Shown: piece by piece, positions 48,445 to 59,584 of the stretch
Layout of the letters: the number at the start of each line of letters is the position of its first letter
Numbering within the stretch: position 1 is the stretch's first letter
From: Verrucomicrobiota bacterium
Lineage (GTDB): Bacteria > Verrucomicrobiota > Verrucomicrobiia > Verrucomicrobiales > DEV007
Direction: 5' to 3'
DNA: 64,000 nucleotides
Assembly (NCBI GenBank): GCA_045046875.1
Contig: JASFYY010000055.1
Span: 1 to 64,000, forward strand
Program-made: the position numbers and the translations under genes
The notes under the pieces: generated by a model
Told to the model about the DNA's origin: nothing
Seen by the model: the letters and a program-made list of their open reading frames with translations, nothing else
Databases searched by the model: none

Positions 48445-49626
48445 TTAGATCAACCACAGCAGAGTGAGCACGATCACGGTGAGGGTGACCCACGAAAGCA
48501 TCGCGGCGATAATGGCTTTTTTGCCAGCGGTCAGCATTGATTTGAGGTTCACTTGCAGGCCGATGGCGGCCATCGCCATGGCCAGCAGCAACTTGCCGGC
48601 GGTGCGGATCATTTGGGTGCTGTCGAGAGTCAGCGGTTCTGTGGAAAAAACGGTCGAGGGAAAGGAGAGTTCGGGTAGCAGGCCGAGACTGCCGGTGAGC
48701 GCCATCAAGGCAAAGCCCCAGACGAACCAAGGGATCAATTTGGTGCCACGGCTGAGGAGGGAAGAGCTTTTTGTCCCGTTACTGGAGGTCGTGGCATTGA
48801 GTTGGCGGTGTTTGACCAGGGCGATGATAATGATCAGCGGCACCAGCATGGCTACGCGTCCGAGTTTGACCAGGGTGGCGATTTCTCCCGCTTCCATACT
48901 GTGATCAAAGGCCGCTGCGGCTACAGTGGGCACGGCATGGATGGTGGCTCCGGTCCAGATGCCGAAGGTTTGTGCGTCGATGTGAAAAGACGCTCCGATG
49001 GAGATGCAAATGAACATCGCCAGGATGCCGATCAGATTGATCGCGCCAACGGAGACGATGATGTCTTCTTCGTCGGACTTGAGGATGGGGGCGATCGCGA
49101 GGATGGCCGAGCTACCACAGACACCGGTGCCGCAACCGATTAGCAGGGCGGTTGATTTTTTGAGTTTCAGTAGTTTTCCCAAAAACAGGGCGCTGACGAT
49201 TGAGACGCTGATGGCGGTGACGATGAAAAACAGATACCGCAGGCCACTGCTGGCGAGCACGGATAGGTCCAGCCCGGCACCCAGGGCGACGATGGCGATG
49301 GGGATCAAGCGGGTGACGATCCAGCGGCAGCCGCTTTGGATAACGGAGGGCAGGGTGAGCAGGTTTTGCAGGGCAATGCCCACGACCATGGCAAGGGCGG
49401 TACTGCCGAGCGGGATGCCGGCGGGTTTGAGTAGATAGTGGTGACTGGCTATTGCTGTTGCGGTGATGGCGAAGGCCAGCAGCAGGCCTTTGAGGATGGA
49501 GGGGGATTTGCTTTGCGGAAGGGTGTCCCAATCCATGGCTTCCATCGAGCCGAGTGAAGCAAAGGCGCCTTCGCTCATCAGTTCGAGGCCTGAGAAGGGA
49601 TCGCGGGTGAGTGAAGAAGAGGGCAT
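48445..49626 (-). CDS. YeiH/UPF0324 family membrane protein (putative sulfate exporter)
   Basis: LIGCGTGVCGSSAILA, GATIHAV, ATLVKLGRV, MAAIGL. Confidence 0.88.
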   Translation of the reverse strand: MPSSSLTRDPFSGLELMSEGAFASLGSMEAMDWDTLPQSKSPSILKGLLLAFAITATAIASHHYLLKPAGIPLGSTALAMVVGIALQNLLTLPSVIQSGCRWIVTRLIPIAIVALGAGLDLSVLASSGLRYLFFIVTAISVSIVSALFLGKLLKLKKSTALLIGCGTGVCGSSAILAIAPILKSDEEDIIVSVGAINLIGILAMFICISIGASFHIDAQTFGIWTGATIHAVPTVAAAAFDHSMEAGEIATLVKLGRVAMLVPLIIIIALVKHRQLNATTSSNGTKSSSLLSRGTKLIPWFVWGFALMALTGSLGLLPELSFPSTVFSTEPLTLDSTQMIRTAGKLLLAMAMAAIGLQVNLKSMLTAGKKAIIAAMLSWVTLTVIVLTLLWLI

Positions 49627-49769
49627 GGGACGGTGTCGAAGGGAGAAGGAGAAGTATGTGTGGCAATAATTACGAAAACATAATAAAGGAAGGTTTAAAG
49701 GAAATCAAGTGGAAGGCGGAAGTTTTCTGTCATGCGGGTCGGGGATTGGGGTGTAGGATGGGTGGAGTT

Positions 49770-50297
49770 ATGGCAGATAAGGAAATAAGTAATAGAGGGG
49801 CGCAGGGGATCCAGGTGCGACCGGCGCTGCAGGCGGATGTGGTTTTTATTCACGCTTTGATTTCCGACTTGGCTGATTTTGAGAACTTACAGCATCAGTT
49901 TGTGGCGAGTGTGGCCGATTTGGAGCAGGGCTTGATTGGGGCGGATCGTGCGGCGGAGGCTTTGGTGGCGGAGGTCGAGGGGCAGGTGGTGGCTTATGCG
50001 ATCTTTTTCCCTTCGTATTCGACTTTTATTGGGAAAGCAGGTTTGTGGTTGGAGGATTTGTATGTGAAGCCGGAGTTTCGTGGGCGCGGAGTGGGCAAGG
50101 CTTTGATCACGGCGGTGGCGGGTTTGGCAGAACAACGTGGCTGCCAGCGTTTTGAGTGGTCGGTGCTGGATTGGAATCAGCGGGCGATAGATTTTTATCA
50201 ATCGTTGGGAGCAGATGTGATGCCGGATTGGAGGACGGCGCGCTTGGACCGTGAAGGGATCGAGGCGTTGGCGGGAAGTGAGGGAGAGGGGGATTAG
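49770..50297 (+). CDS. GNAT N-acetyltransferase (SSAT-like)
   Basis: YSTF, LEDLYV, RGRGVG, WSVLDWN, AIDFY. Confidence 0.9.
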   Translation: MADKEISNRGAQGIQVRPALQADVVFIHALISDLADFENLQHQFVASVADLEQGLIGADRAAEALVAEVEGQVVAYAIFFPSYSTFIGKAGLWLEDLYVKPEFRGRGVGKALITAVAGLAEQRGCQRFEWSVLDWNQRAIDFYQSLGADVMPDWRTARLDREGIEALAGSEGEGD

Positions 50298-50417
50298 GGA
50301 AATGATTCAAAAGGCAGGGGCAACACAATAAATAAAATGAATGAGGTCTGACCCTTTATAGAACTTAGGCCGGCGCGGACAGATTTGAAAATCTATCCTA
50401 CGGAGGAATTGTGATGC

Positions 50418-50451
50418 AAAAAAAATGCCGGGCGTGATGCCCGGCATTTTT
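50418..50451 (-). terminator. Rho-independent terminator of the peroxiredoxin gene
   Basis: aaaaatgccgggc-gtgat-gcccggcattttt. Confidence 0.85.
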
Positions 50452-50472
50452 GGAAGGATTGGTAAGTTTTTC

Positions 50473-51072
50473 TTACAAATCGTTGGAGTGGGATGCTAGG
50501 TAGTCGGCGACTCCACTGGCATCGGGTTTCATGGCGTCGTCGCCTTTTTGCCAGCCAGCAGGACAGACTTCGCCGTGTTCTTCGGTGAACTGAAGGGCGT
50601 CGATCAAGCGCAGCATCTCGTCGATGTTGCGGCCGAGGGGCAAGTTGTTGACCACTTGGTGCTGGACGATACCTTCCTTGTCGATCAGGAAAGAAGCGCG
50701 CAGGGCGATGCCGGCGGCGTGTTCGACTCCGTAAGACTGGGTGATCGAGTGGCTGAGATCAGCGACCATGGGGAACTTCACTGGGCCGATGCCACCTTTT
50801 TCGATGGGGGTCTCGCGCCAGGCGTGGTGAGTGAATTGCGAATCGATCGATACACCGACGACTTGCACGCCGCGTTGTTCGAACTCAGCGATGCGTTTGT
50901 CGTGGGCGATGATTTCTGTCGGACAGACGAAGGTGAAATCCAGTGGCCAGAAAAACAGCACGACGTGCTGTCCTTTGAGAGAGGAAAGGCTGAAATCTTC
51001 TTTGATCGAGCCATCGCCCATGACGGCGGCTGCGGTGAAATCCGGGGCTTCTTGATTGACGAGTACGCTCAT
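50473..51072 (-). CDS. ahpC: 2-Cys peroxiredoxin (AhpC/TsaA)
   Basis: DFTFVCPTE and GEVCPAGW. Confidence 0.95.
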   Translation of the reverse strand: MSVLVNQEAPDFTAAAVMGDGSIKEDFSLSSLKGQHVVLFFWPLDFTFVCPTEIIAHDKRIAEFEQRGVQVVGVSIDSQFTHHAWRETPIEKGGIGPVKFPMVADLSHSITQSYGVEHAAGIALRASFLIDKEGIVQHQVVNNLPLGRNIDEMLRLIDALQFTEEHGEVCPAGWQKGDDAMKPDASGVADYLASHSNDL

Positions 51073-51274
51073 AATTACAGTGTGTTTGTATTTTTCTTTT
51101 GATGGGTGCTGAATTCAGACGACACCCGATTGATGAGAGAGATTTAAGCGGGTTTGAGTGACCTTGCAATGGATTTTGCAGATCTGGGTGGAAGGATATT
51201 GCGTTTTTGTTCTGTTAGTGAGTTGGAATGTGGTTTATGCAAAGCCAAGTAATTGGAAAAACGAAGGGTCAAAG

Positions 51275-52663
51275 ATGGACGATCAAGCAAAACATTTTTA
51301 TTTTATGGGGATCTGCGGCACGGCGATGGGATCGGCGGCGGTGGCACTGAAGGAGCGTGGTTACCGGGTCACGGGTTCGGATGCGTCGGTTTACCCTCCG
51401 ATGTCCACATTTTTGACCAGTCACGGCATTGAACTGAAGGAAGGTTATCAGGCGGAGCATGTGCCTGAAGATGCGGATTACATTGTCGTGGGCAACGCAC
51501 TGAGCCGGGGCAATGCGGAGGTCGAGACGGTGCTCAATCGCAAGCTGCGTTATTTGTCGCTGCCGGAGTTGTTGAAGGAGTTTTTTCTGCGAGGCAAACG
51601 TAATTTTGTTATCAGCGGGACCCATGGCAAAACCACGACGTCTTCGATGTTGGCGTGGCTGTTGCAGCACGCGGGTTTACAGCCGGGATTCATGATCGGC
51701 GGTATTCCGAGGAATTTCGGGGAGGGCGCGCGTTTAATGGATTCGGATTTTGTGGTGATGGAGGGGGATGAATACGATACGGCTTTTTTTGACAAACGTT
51801 CGAAGTTCCTGCACTACCTGCCCGAGTTTGTGGTGGTGAATAATATCGAATTTGATCATGCGGATATTTTTGACAGCATCGAGGACATCAAGCTGTCGTT
51901 TCGCCGGATGCTGAACATCGTGCCGTCTAATGGTTTGGTTTGCATCAATGGTGATGATGCTAATTGCCTTGAAGTAGCGGAGAATTGTCCGGCTCCGGTG
52001 AAGACGGTGGGGATGGGTGAGGCGTGTGATGTGCGGATTGAACAAGTGGAGTATTCGGGGGCGTCATCCTCTTTTGTGATCGATGCGGAGACATATACGA
52101 TAAACATGGGAGGGGAGTATAATGTGCGCAACGCAGCGATGGCGGTGTCAGGTGCGCTTTTTGCGGGGGTGGATCCCGAGGTGATTCAAGCGGGTTTGTT
52201 GAAATTTGAAGGGATTGCGCGACGTCAGGAAGTCCGTGGAGTGACGGACAGTGGTATCACGGTGGTCGATGATTTTGCCCATCATCCGACGGCGATTCGC
52301 GAAGCTTTGATTGGCATGCGACGTCGTTTTGAGGGCGCGCGGGTTTGGGCGGTGTTCGAGCCCCGTTCGAATACCACTCGGCGCAAGGTGTTCCAGAATG
52401 AGCTGCCGGAGGCTCTGAGCGAGGCGGATGCGGTGTGTGTGTGTGCGGTCGCGGATCCTGCTAAGGTGGCGGAGGATGACCGGCTTGATCCGGAGTTGGT
52501 GATGGCGACTTTGAGAGAAAAAGGGGTGCCGGCTTTTTATGAAGCGGGAGCCGATGCGATTGTCGAGCGTCTGAAGGAGGAAAGTCGTGAAGGGGATGTG
52601 GTGATCGTATTGAGCAATGGAGGTTTTGGCGGTATTCATGAAAAGCTATTATCTACCTTGTAG
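51275..52663 (+). CDS. mpl: Murein tripeptide ligase Mpl
   Basis: GICGTAMG, VYPPMS, GTHGKTTT, EGDEYDTAFFDKRSKF, DDFAHHPTA, EPRSNT, SNGGFGG. Confidence 0.93.
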   Translation: MDDQAKHFYFMGICGTAMGSAAVALKERGYRVTGSDASVYPPMSTFLTSHGIELKEGYQAEHVPEDADYIVVGNALSRGNAEVETVLNRKLRYLSLPELLKEFFLRGKRNFVISGTHGKTTTSSMLAWLLQHAGLQPGFMIGGIPRNFGEGARLMDSDFVVMEGDEYDTAFFDKRSKFLHYLPEFVVVNNIEFDHADIFDSIEDIKLSFRRMLNIVPSNGLVCINGDDANCLEVAENCPAPVKTVGMGEACDVRIEQVEYSGASSSFVIDAETYTINMGGEYNVRNAAMAVSGALFAGVDPEVIQAGLLKFEGIARRQEVRGVTDSGITVVDDFAHHPTAIREALIGMRRRFEGARVWAVFEPRSNTTRRKVFQNELPEALSEADAVCVCAVADPAKVAEDDRLDPELVMATLREKGVPAFYEAGADAIVERLKEESREGDVVIVLSNGGFGGIHEKLLSTL

Positions 52664-52690
52664 GGCTGCTGTGTAATTTGAGAGAGAACC

Positions 52691-53485
52691 ATGAAAGCTA
52701 CGGATAAACAGTGGTTGTTTCATCATTCGTCGCACAACTATGAGTTGTTGGTGACCAGGTGGAAACGAGTAGCGGAAGAGGTGGGTTTGGAAATTATTTC
52801 ATTAGCGGATCAAGGCGGGTATGAAATTTTTGCTTTGCGTGGGGGACGATCGGATCAGGGGGATGGTGTGTATTTATCGGCTGGGGTACACGGTGACGAG
52901 CCAGCGACGGTGTGGGCTTTGTTGCAGTGGGCGGAAGCGAATCGAGAGCGCTTGGCGGGAGAGCCGATCATTATCCTGCCCTGTGTGAACCCTTGGGGTT
53001 TGGTCAATAATATGCGAGGGGATGAAAAGGGGCGTGATTTGAATCGTATGTTTCAGAATGAAACATTGCCGTTTTTTTTGTCATGGCGAAAATTACTGGG
53101 CAAGCAGCAATTCCGAATGACGCTGAATTTGCACGAGGACTACGATGCGCAGGGGATTTACGTGTATGAGTTGGCTCCACCTGATGTTGATGTATCGGAT
53201 CAGGTTTTCACTCGCATAGAATCCATTATTCCGCGTGAGAGTCGTAAGGAGATTGAAGGTAGGCCGGTTAGAGCAGGTATGGTTCATCGCAGCGAGGACC
53301 TCCGGCGGGTGGTGGAAGAGGAACTTGACGGAGGTTGCCCAGAGGCGATATACCTTTACCTGAATCATACCCAGCTTGCCTTGACGTTTGAGACGCCATC
53401 AGAGTTTGCTTTTCACGAACGGGTGCAGGCGCAGATGGGGTTTATCGAGGGGGTGATGGAAAATACGCGGAGAATTACGCTTTAA
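52691..53485 (+). CDS. M14-family zinc peptidase (MpaA/AstE-like)
   Basis: GVHGDE, NPWG, DLNR, NLHED, TFETPS; follows mpl. Confidence 0.8.
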   Translation: MKATDKQWLFHHSSHNYELLVTRWKRVAEEVGLEIISLADQGGYEIFALRGGRSDQGDGVYLSAGVHGDEPATVWALLQWAEANRERLAGEPIIILPCVNPWGLVNNMRGDEKGRDLNRMFQNETLPFFLSWRKLLGKQQFRMTLNLHEDYDAQGIYVYELAPPDVDVSDQVFTRIESIIPRESRKEIEGRPVRAGMVHRSEDLRRVVEEELDGGCPEAIYLYLNHTQLALTFETPSEFAFHERVQAQMGFIEGVMENTRRITL

Positions 53486-53582
53486 AAATGGAGTGGAAAA
53501 TTTGGCGGCGTTATTGTGAGCGTTTCATTTCAAGTTACGTAAAAATGAGGGTTGATATGATTCATGATGGGGAAAAAGCTTA

Positions 53583-53669
53583 GAGCCGCACCGTTGGTGC
53601 TAAAAGGTGGAGGCGATTATCCCCGAGCGTTGCTCGGGGCTGACATAGGGGCAGCGCTTTGGGCTTGGG
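53583..53669. repeat. Composite REP-like element
   Basis: Hairpins gcacc-gtt-ggtgc and ccccgagc-gtt-gctcgggg; the 3' part matches 18181-18214 at 30 of 34 positions. Confidence 0.6.
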
Positions 53670-53867
53670 TAGAATAAGGTCACACGCAGAGGCGCAGAGT
53701 TAGGAAAAAGAGAGGGCTTCTTTTTTAGAAGTCTTTAGTGCTGATACTTTGAATATCGAGTATTCGACGCAGGTGGAAAGTGATAGGGGAGTCGTGGTTG
53801 ATTTTGTGAATGAGCAAAGTATGGTTTTAATGATCCTTGGATATTTGTGCGTCTTATTTTATTGATT

Positions 53868-54602
53868 ATGCCTAACCATTCTCACCCCAATAGTCGCATC
53901 GCTTTGTTTATTGATGCGGATAATGCACCTGCGGTAAAGATAGAGTTTATTATTTCGGAACTTGCTACTTACGGAGTGGTGAATATCCGGCGCGCTTATG
54001 GGAACTGGAAAAAGCCGGCGCTTTCAGGGTGGGAACAGGTACTACATGAGTACGCGATTAAACCGATTCAAACTTTCGATATCGTAAAGGGGAAAAATGC
54101 TTCGGATATGGCCTTGTTGATTGATGCCATGGACACTCTGTATACAAAAGAGGTGGAGATATTTTGTTTGGTTTCATCTGATAGTGATTTTACTCCGCTG
54201 GTATTGCGGCTTCGTGCAGAGGGTAAGCAGGTAATAGGTTTTGGTAAACAAAGCACACCGGCACCTTTTGTGAATGCTTGCAGTAAGTTTTTGTTTCTCG
54301 ATGAGAGTCCTGCGAACAAGAAGTCAAAGAAGAAGGTGCCGGTCAAACAGCTCAAAGGCAATTCCAAGTTGATGACCACTTTGAAAAATGCGGTTAAAGA
54401 GGCAGCCGGGGACGACGGGTGGGCGTTGCTTGGTCCGGTGGGTTCGCATATTTCCAATCAAGGGCCATTTGATCATCGAACTTATGGCTTTAAGAAATTG
54501 AGTGATCTGTTTGCGTCGATTGATATTTTTGAAGTGGAGCAGGTTCAGCGCGAGCAACAAAAAGTGATACGGGTGCGCTTAATAGGGCTGCATCCCGCTT
54601 AA
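53868..54602 (+). CDS. NYN domain protein with C-terminal OST-HTH/LOTUS domain
   Basis: FIDADN, RAYGNW, GKNASD, SSDSDF, FDHRTYGFKKLSDL. Confidence 0.9.
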   Translation: MPNHSHPNSRIALFIDADNAPAVKIEFIISELATYGVVNIRRAYGNWKKPALSGWEQVLHEYAIKPIQTFDIVKGKNASDMALLIDAMDTLYTKEVEIFCLVSSDSDFTPLVLRLRAEGKQVIGFGKQSTPAPFVNACSKFLFLDESPANKKSKKKVPVKQLKGNSKLMTTLKNAVKEAAGDDGWALLGPVGSHISNQGPFDHRTYGFKKLSDLFASIDIFEVEQVQREQQKVIRVRLIGLHPA

Positions 54603-54619
54603 ATATTGAAACGACCATT

Positions 54620-56053
54620 TCACAGAGTCTTTAAATATTCGATCAAGGCGGTGCGTTCTTGCTCACTGAGCTCATCGGCGAAGTCGTGGCCTTGGTTGCC
54701 GTAACCGGGCAGGGTGGTGTCGTAGATATTGCTATCGCCTCCGCTGGCGCGTTTTTGATAATTCCACCCGACGGTTTTAAAATTGTAATCAGAGGTGTTG
54801 AAGCTGCGTTGCCAGAATTTGGGGCGCAGTTTGCTGTTGAGGAGGGTGAGCAGGTCGGGCACTGAGCCGTTGTGCAAATAAGGAGCGGTGGCCCAGATGC
54901 CGTCGAGTGGGGGGGCGATGTAACCGTCTCCGGGTTCTAGTCGAGCGGCGTGCGGGCCCTTGCCGAACCAGCTGTTGGCGTAAGTGTGACTGTCCACGCT
55001 GCGTTGCCAATCGGATAACATGGCATCGGTTTTGATGGTCTTCAGCTTGATCATGTAATTGGGGTAGTCGGGCTGTGGGCCGTGTTTGCCATGACAGCGG
55101 ACACATTCGTCGGCGAAAATCTGCTTGCCTTGTTGTGTTAAGGTGGAGTTGATGGTGTCAGGCCAGCTTGGGGCTTGCAGGGTAAGCAGGTAGGAGTGCA
55201 CATCGGCGAATTTTTTATCGATTTCAGCGGCTTCGTTGCTGTCTTTGAGGGTCAATAAGCTGGAGGCCATCATCAAGCGGGCAAAATCCCCACGTCCGGA
55301 TCCGGTGTAGTAGAGCGCGTTTTTTTTCTTTAACAACCACAGCGCAGGCACATCGGTGGGGATCACCGTTTGTTTTTTGTCTTCCTTTATTATCGGGGGA
55401 TTTTCGATCCACTCCAGGGTAAGAGGATTGCGGTGGCGTCCGAGCACAAAGGCGAGGTTGTCGGCGGGATTGACGCCGCGCACGCGGGTTTGGATCAGGG
55501 GGGAGACCAGTAAAAAACGCTCATGCAGGGTTTTGTAGGCTTGACGCTGGGGGGAGTCGGCTCCGTGCATGGCAAGGATCATTTTGTCGACCATGTCTAC
55601 TGTGGAGGTGCGGTCGGCGCTGAAGTCGACGATTGAATTGCCTAGGCCAATGATGAATTTGCCATTCAAGGTCTGGGCGTGGCAGCGCAGGCAGTTGGAG
55701 GTCACTACGCGCACGCCGTTGGGCGCGGTGACGGCGGTGTAGTGATAGGCTAGAGCGGCTTGATCCCCTTTACGTTTGAGTTGGTTTTTGCCCGCCGGGC
55801 GAGCCATGGTGAAAAGATCGATCGGAATGCCACTGACGATGTAATCACCTTCGATCAGATAGCGGTAACCTTTTTCGGGGTCTCCGGGGCGTTGTTCGGA
55901 GGCTGGGATGCGGGTGCGGTAGCGTGATTTAGATTTTTTTTTGTCAGTTGAGCTATCGCCTGCTGCGGGCATTGGGGGTGAAAGCAAAATAGCAGCCAGG
56001 GCTGTAATGAGGGGGAATGGTAGGCTTGGCCATTTTAGGAGGGTGAATTGCAT
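54620..56053 (-). CDS. Secreted diheme cytochrome c (RoxA/MauG/CCP superfamily)
   Basis: Signal peptide; CLRCH and CVRCH; PLDGIWATAPYLHNGSVP; GNQGH; LIEYLKTL. The upstream part of the ORF-track call (to 56371) runs through intergenic REP DNA and the 3' end of acs. Confidence 0.82.
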   Translation of the reverse strand: MQFTLLKWPSLPFPLITALAAILLSPPMPAAGDSSTDKKKSKSRYRTRIPASEQRPGDPEKGYRYLIEGDYIVSGIPIDLFTMARPAGKNQLKRKGDQAALAYHYTAVTAPNGVRVVTSNCLRCHAQTLNGKFIIGLGNSIVDFSADRTSTVDMVDKMILAMHGADSPQRQAYKTLHERFLLVSPLIQTRVRGVNPADNLAFVLGRHRNPLTLEWIENPPIIKEDKKQTVIPTDVPALWLLKKKNALYYTGSGRGDFARLMMASSLLTLKDSNEAAEIDKKFADVHSYLLTLQAPSWPDTINSTLTQQGKQIFADECVRCHGKHGPQPDYPNYMIKLKTIKTDAMLSDWQRSVDSHTYANSWFGKGPHAARLEPGDGYIAPPLDGIWATAPYLHNGSVPDLLTLLNSKLRPKFWQRSFNTSDYNFKTVGWNYQKRASGGDSNIYDTTLPGYGNQGHDFADELSEQERTALIEYLKTL

Positions 56054-56152
56054 CGGGTAGGTGGGCGTGGGGCTAGCTGTTTTTTTGAGAGGAGAAGCGC
56101 GAAGCTTGATAGATAACATATCGAAACTGGAAGGGGTTGACAACAGAAAACG

Positions 56153-56228
56153 GGGCAGGCGGAGCGCCCGCCCTACAGTTAATTTCCTGAATGCTAACCG
56201 TATTGTAGGGTGAACGCTCCGCTTGCCC
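56153..56228. repeat. Inverted pair of GTAG-type REP sequences (REPIN-like)
   Basis: gggcaggcggagcgcccgccctaca and tgtagggtgaacgctccgcttgccc, 21 of 25 complementary, 26-bp spacer. Confidence 0.7.
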
Positions 56229-56243
56229 GTAGGGTTCGCTGAA

Positions 56244-58217
<1,974 letters not shown>

Positions 58218-58222
58218 GGTTC

Positions 58223-58257
58223 TAGGAGTTAGAAGGTAGAAGTGAGAAGATAGAATA
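58223..58257. repeat. Degenerate heptamer tandem repeat (TAGAAGN)x5
   Basis: taggagt tagaagg tagaagt gagaaga tagaata; a similar run lies at 7620-7646. Confidence 0.55.
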
Positions 58258-58296
58258 TTAGGTAGGGCGGGACGGTAACAAGAATTGTGGTGGGGC

Positions 58297-59067
58297 TCAA
58301 ATCTTTTTCTGCGCCCGTGCCCGTTTTGTTTTTTTAGGTAAGTTGTTTTGCATCATGGCGGCTTCGATTTCCTGATGGCTGAGGATTTTCCATTTCCCCG
58401 GCAAGAGGTCGTGAGCCATGAGATTGCCGATGCGGATGCGTTCGAGGTTTTTTACCCGGTAGCCGAGTTTGTCGAACATGTTGCGGATCTGGCGTTTGTA
58501 TCCTTGGGTGAGGACGACACTGACCCGTCGCACACTGAGAGGTTTGACGCTTTTGGCCACGGCCAGGCCGTCTTCCAGGCGGATGCCCCGGGTGAGGCGT
58601 TCGATGTGGTCGTGGTTGAAATTTTGATTGAGGGTGACGTGGTATTCTTTCTCAATTTGGTGTTTGGGATGCGAGAGATGCTCGGAGAGCTTGCTGGCAT
58701 TGCTGAGCAGGATGAGTCCGCGGCTGTCTTGATCCAGGCGACCGATGTGCGGCAGGTGATGAAAGGCGGGCGGTATCAGGTTGTAAATGGTGTCGCGACC
58801 CTGTGGGTCTCCGCGAGAGCAGAGGAAGTCTCTGGGTTTGTTGAGCAAGATGGTGGTCTCGCGTGCCTGCTGCAGGATCATGCCGTTGTGGCGAACGGTG
58901 TCATCGGGCAGTACCCGGGCGCCCATGTTTTTGCAGGTTTCGCCGTTGATTTGGATTTGTCCGGCGGAGATGAGATTCTCGCAGCCACGTCGCGAGCCGA
59001 GTCCGCAGGATGCTAGAAAGCGGTTGAGGCGGATGCCTTCACGTGATGTCGATGATCGGGAAGGCAT
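58297..59067 (-). CDS. rRNA pseudouridine synthase (RsuA/RluB family)
   Basis: S4 domain RLNRFLA...[25 protein letters not shown]. Confidence 0.92.
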   Translation of the reverse strand: MPSRSSTSREGIRLNRFLASCGLGSRRGCENLISAGQIQINGETCKNMGARVLPDDTVRHNGMILQQARETTILLNKPRDFLCSRGDPQGRDTIYNLIPPAFHHLPHIGRLDQDSRGLILLSNASKLSEHLSHPKHQIEKEYHVTLNQNFNHDHIERLTRGIRLEDGLAVAKSVKPLSVRRVSVVLTQGYKRQIRNMFDKLGYRVKNLERIRIGNLMAHDLLPGKWKILSHQEIEAAMMQNNLPKKTKRARAQKKI

Positions 59068-59144
59068 GAGATCGAGGATCTGTTTTTGAGGGCGTGTTGT
59101 TTTCTTCGCCGAAGGGGCGTGAAAAGGCACTCTAAGTTAACTAA

Positions 59145-59168
59145 TCATGGACAGGTTGCCCATGCTAC
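59145..59168. repeat. Single GTAG-type REP-like hairpin
   Basis: Minus strand gtag-catgggcaacctgtccatga. Confidence 0.55.
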
Positions 59169-59191
59169 GCAGGATGCCTGCGTGGCGGACT

Positions 59192-59347
59192 TTAGGCGTC
59201 GGGTTTGGTTTTTGGCAAACCAAGAGGCGTGGTGCCTTCTTTCCATTCGCCGCGTTCGCGCATCAATTTGATGCGTTCAAAACGTTTCAATACGCTGCGT
59301 TTAGAACCAACGCTTTTTGAACCTTTAAGACTGGGATGTTGAGACAT
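59192..59347 (-). CDS. PVC-superphylum small basic signature protein (TIGR04137-like)
   Basis: MSQHPSLK...KRSVLKRFERI...W...GLPK, 51 aa. Confidence 0.88.
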   Translation of the reverse strand: MSQHPSLKGSKSVGSKRSVLKRFERIKLMRERGEWKEGTTPLGLPKTKPDA

Positions 59348-59526
59348 AATACCAAGAATTGAATGTTTTTTACTGAGCCCTCGTGGAGGGGCGGCGAAAG
59401 TAGACGCAGTATGAGGGAATTGCAAGCGATGCTTCAAATTTACTTGCGGGGAGAATTTGCAGGTGTGAATGCAGAAAATTGCAGTGGGAAAAATCGGCAG
59501 GAATAAGAATGCCTAATATAGGAGGA

Positions 59527-59568
59527 GAAAAATAACCGAAACTTTGTCCGGGCGGACAAAGTTTCGGT
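59527..59568 (-). terminator. Terminator of the RND operon
   Basis: accgaaactttgtccg-gg-cggacaaagtttcggt 16-bp perfect stem, T-rich tail on the minus strand. Confidence 0.8.
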
Positions 59569-59584
59569 CACGCTTCAGTTGGTT

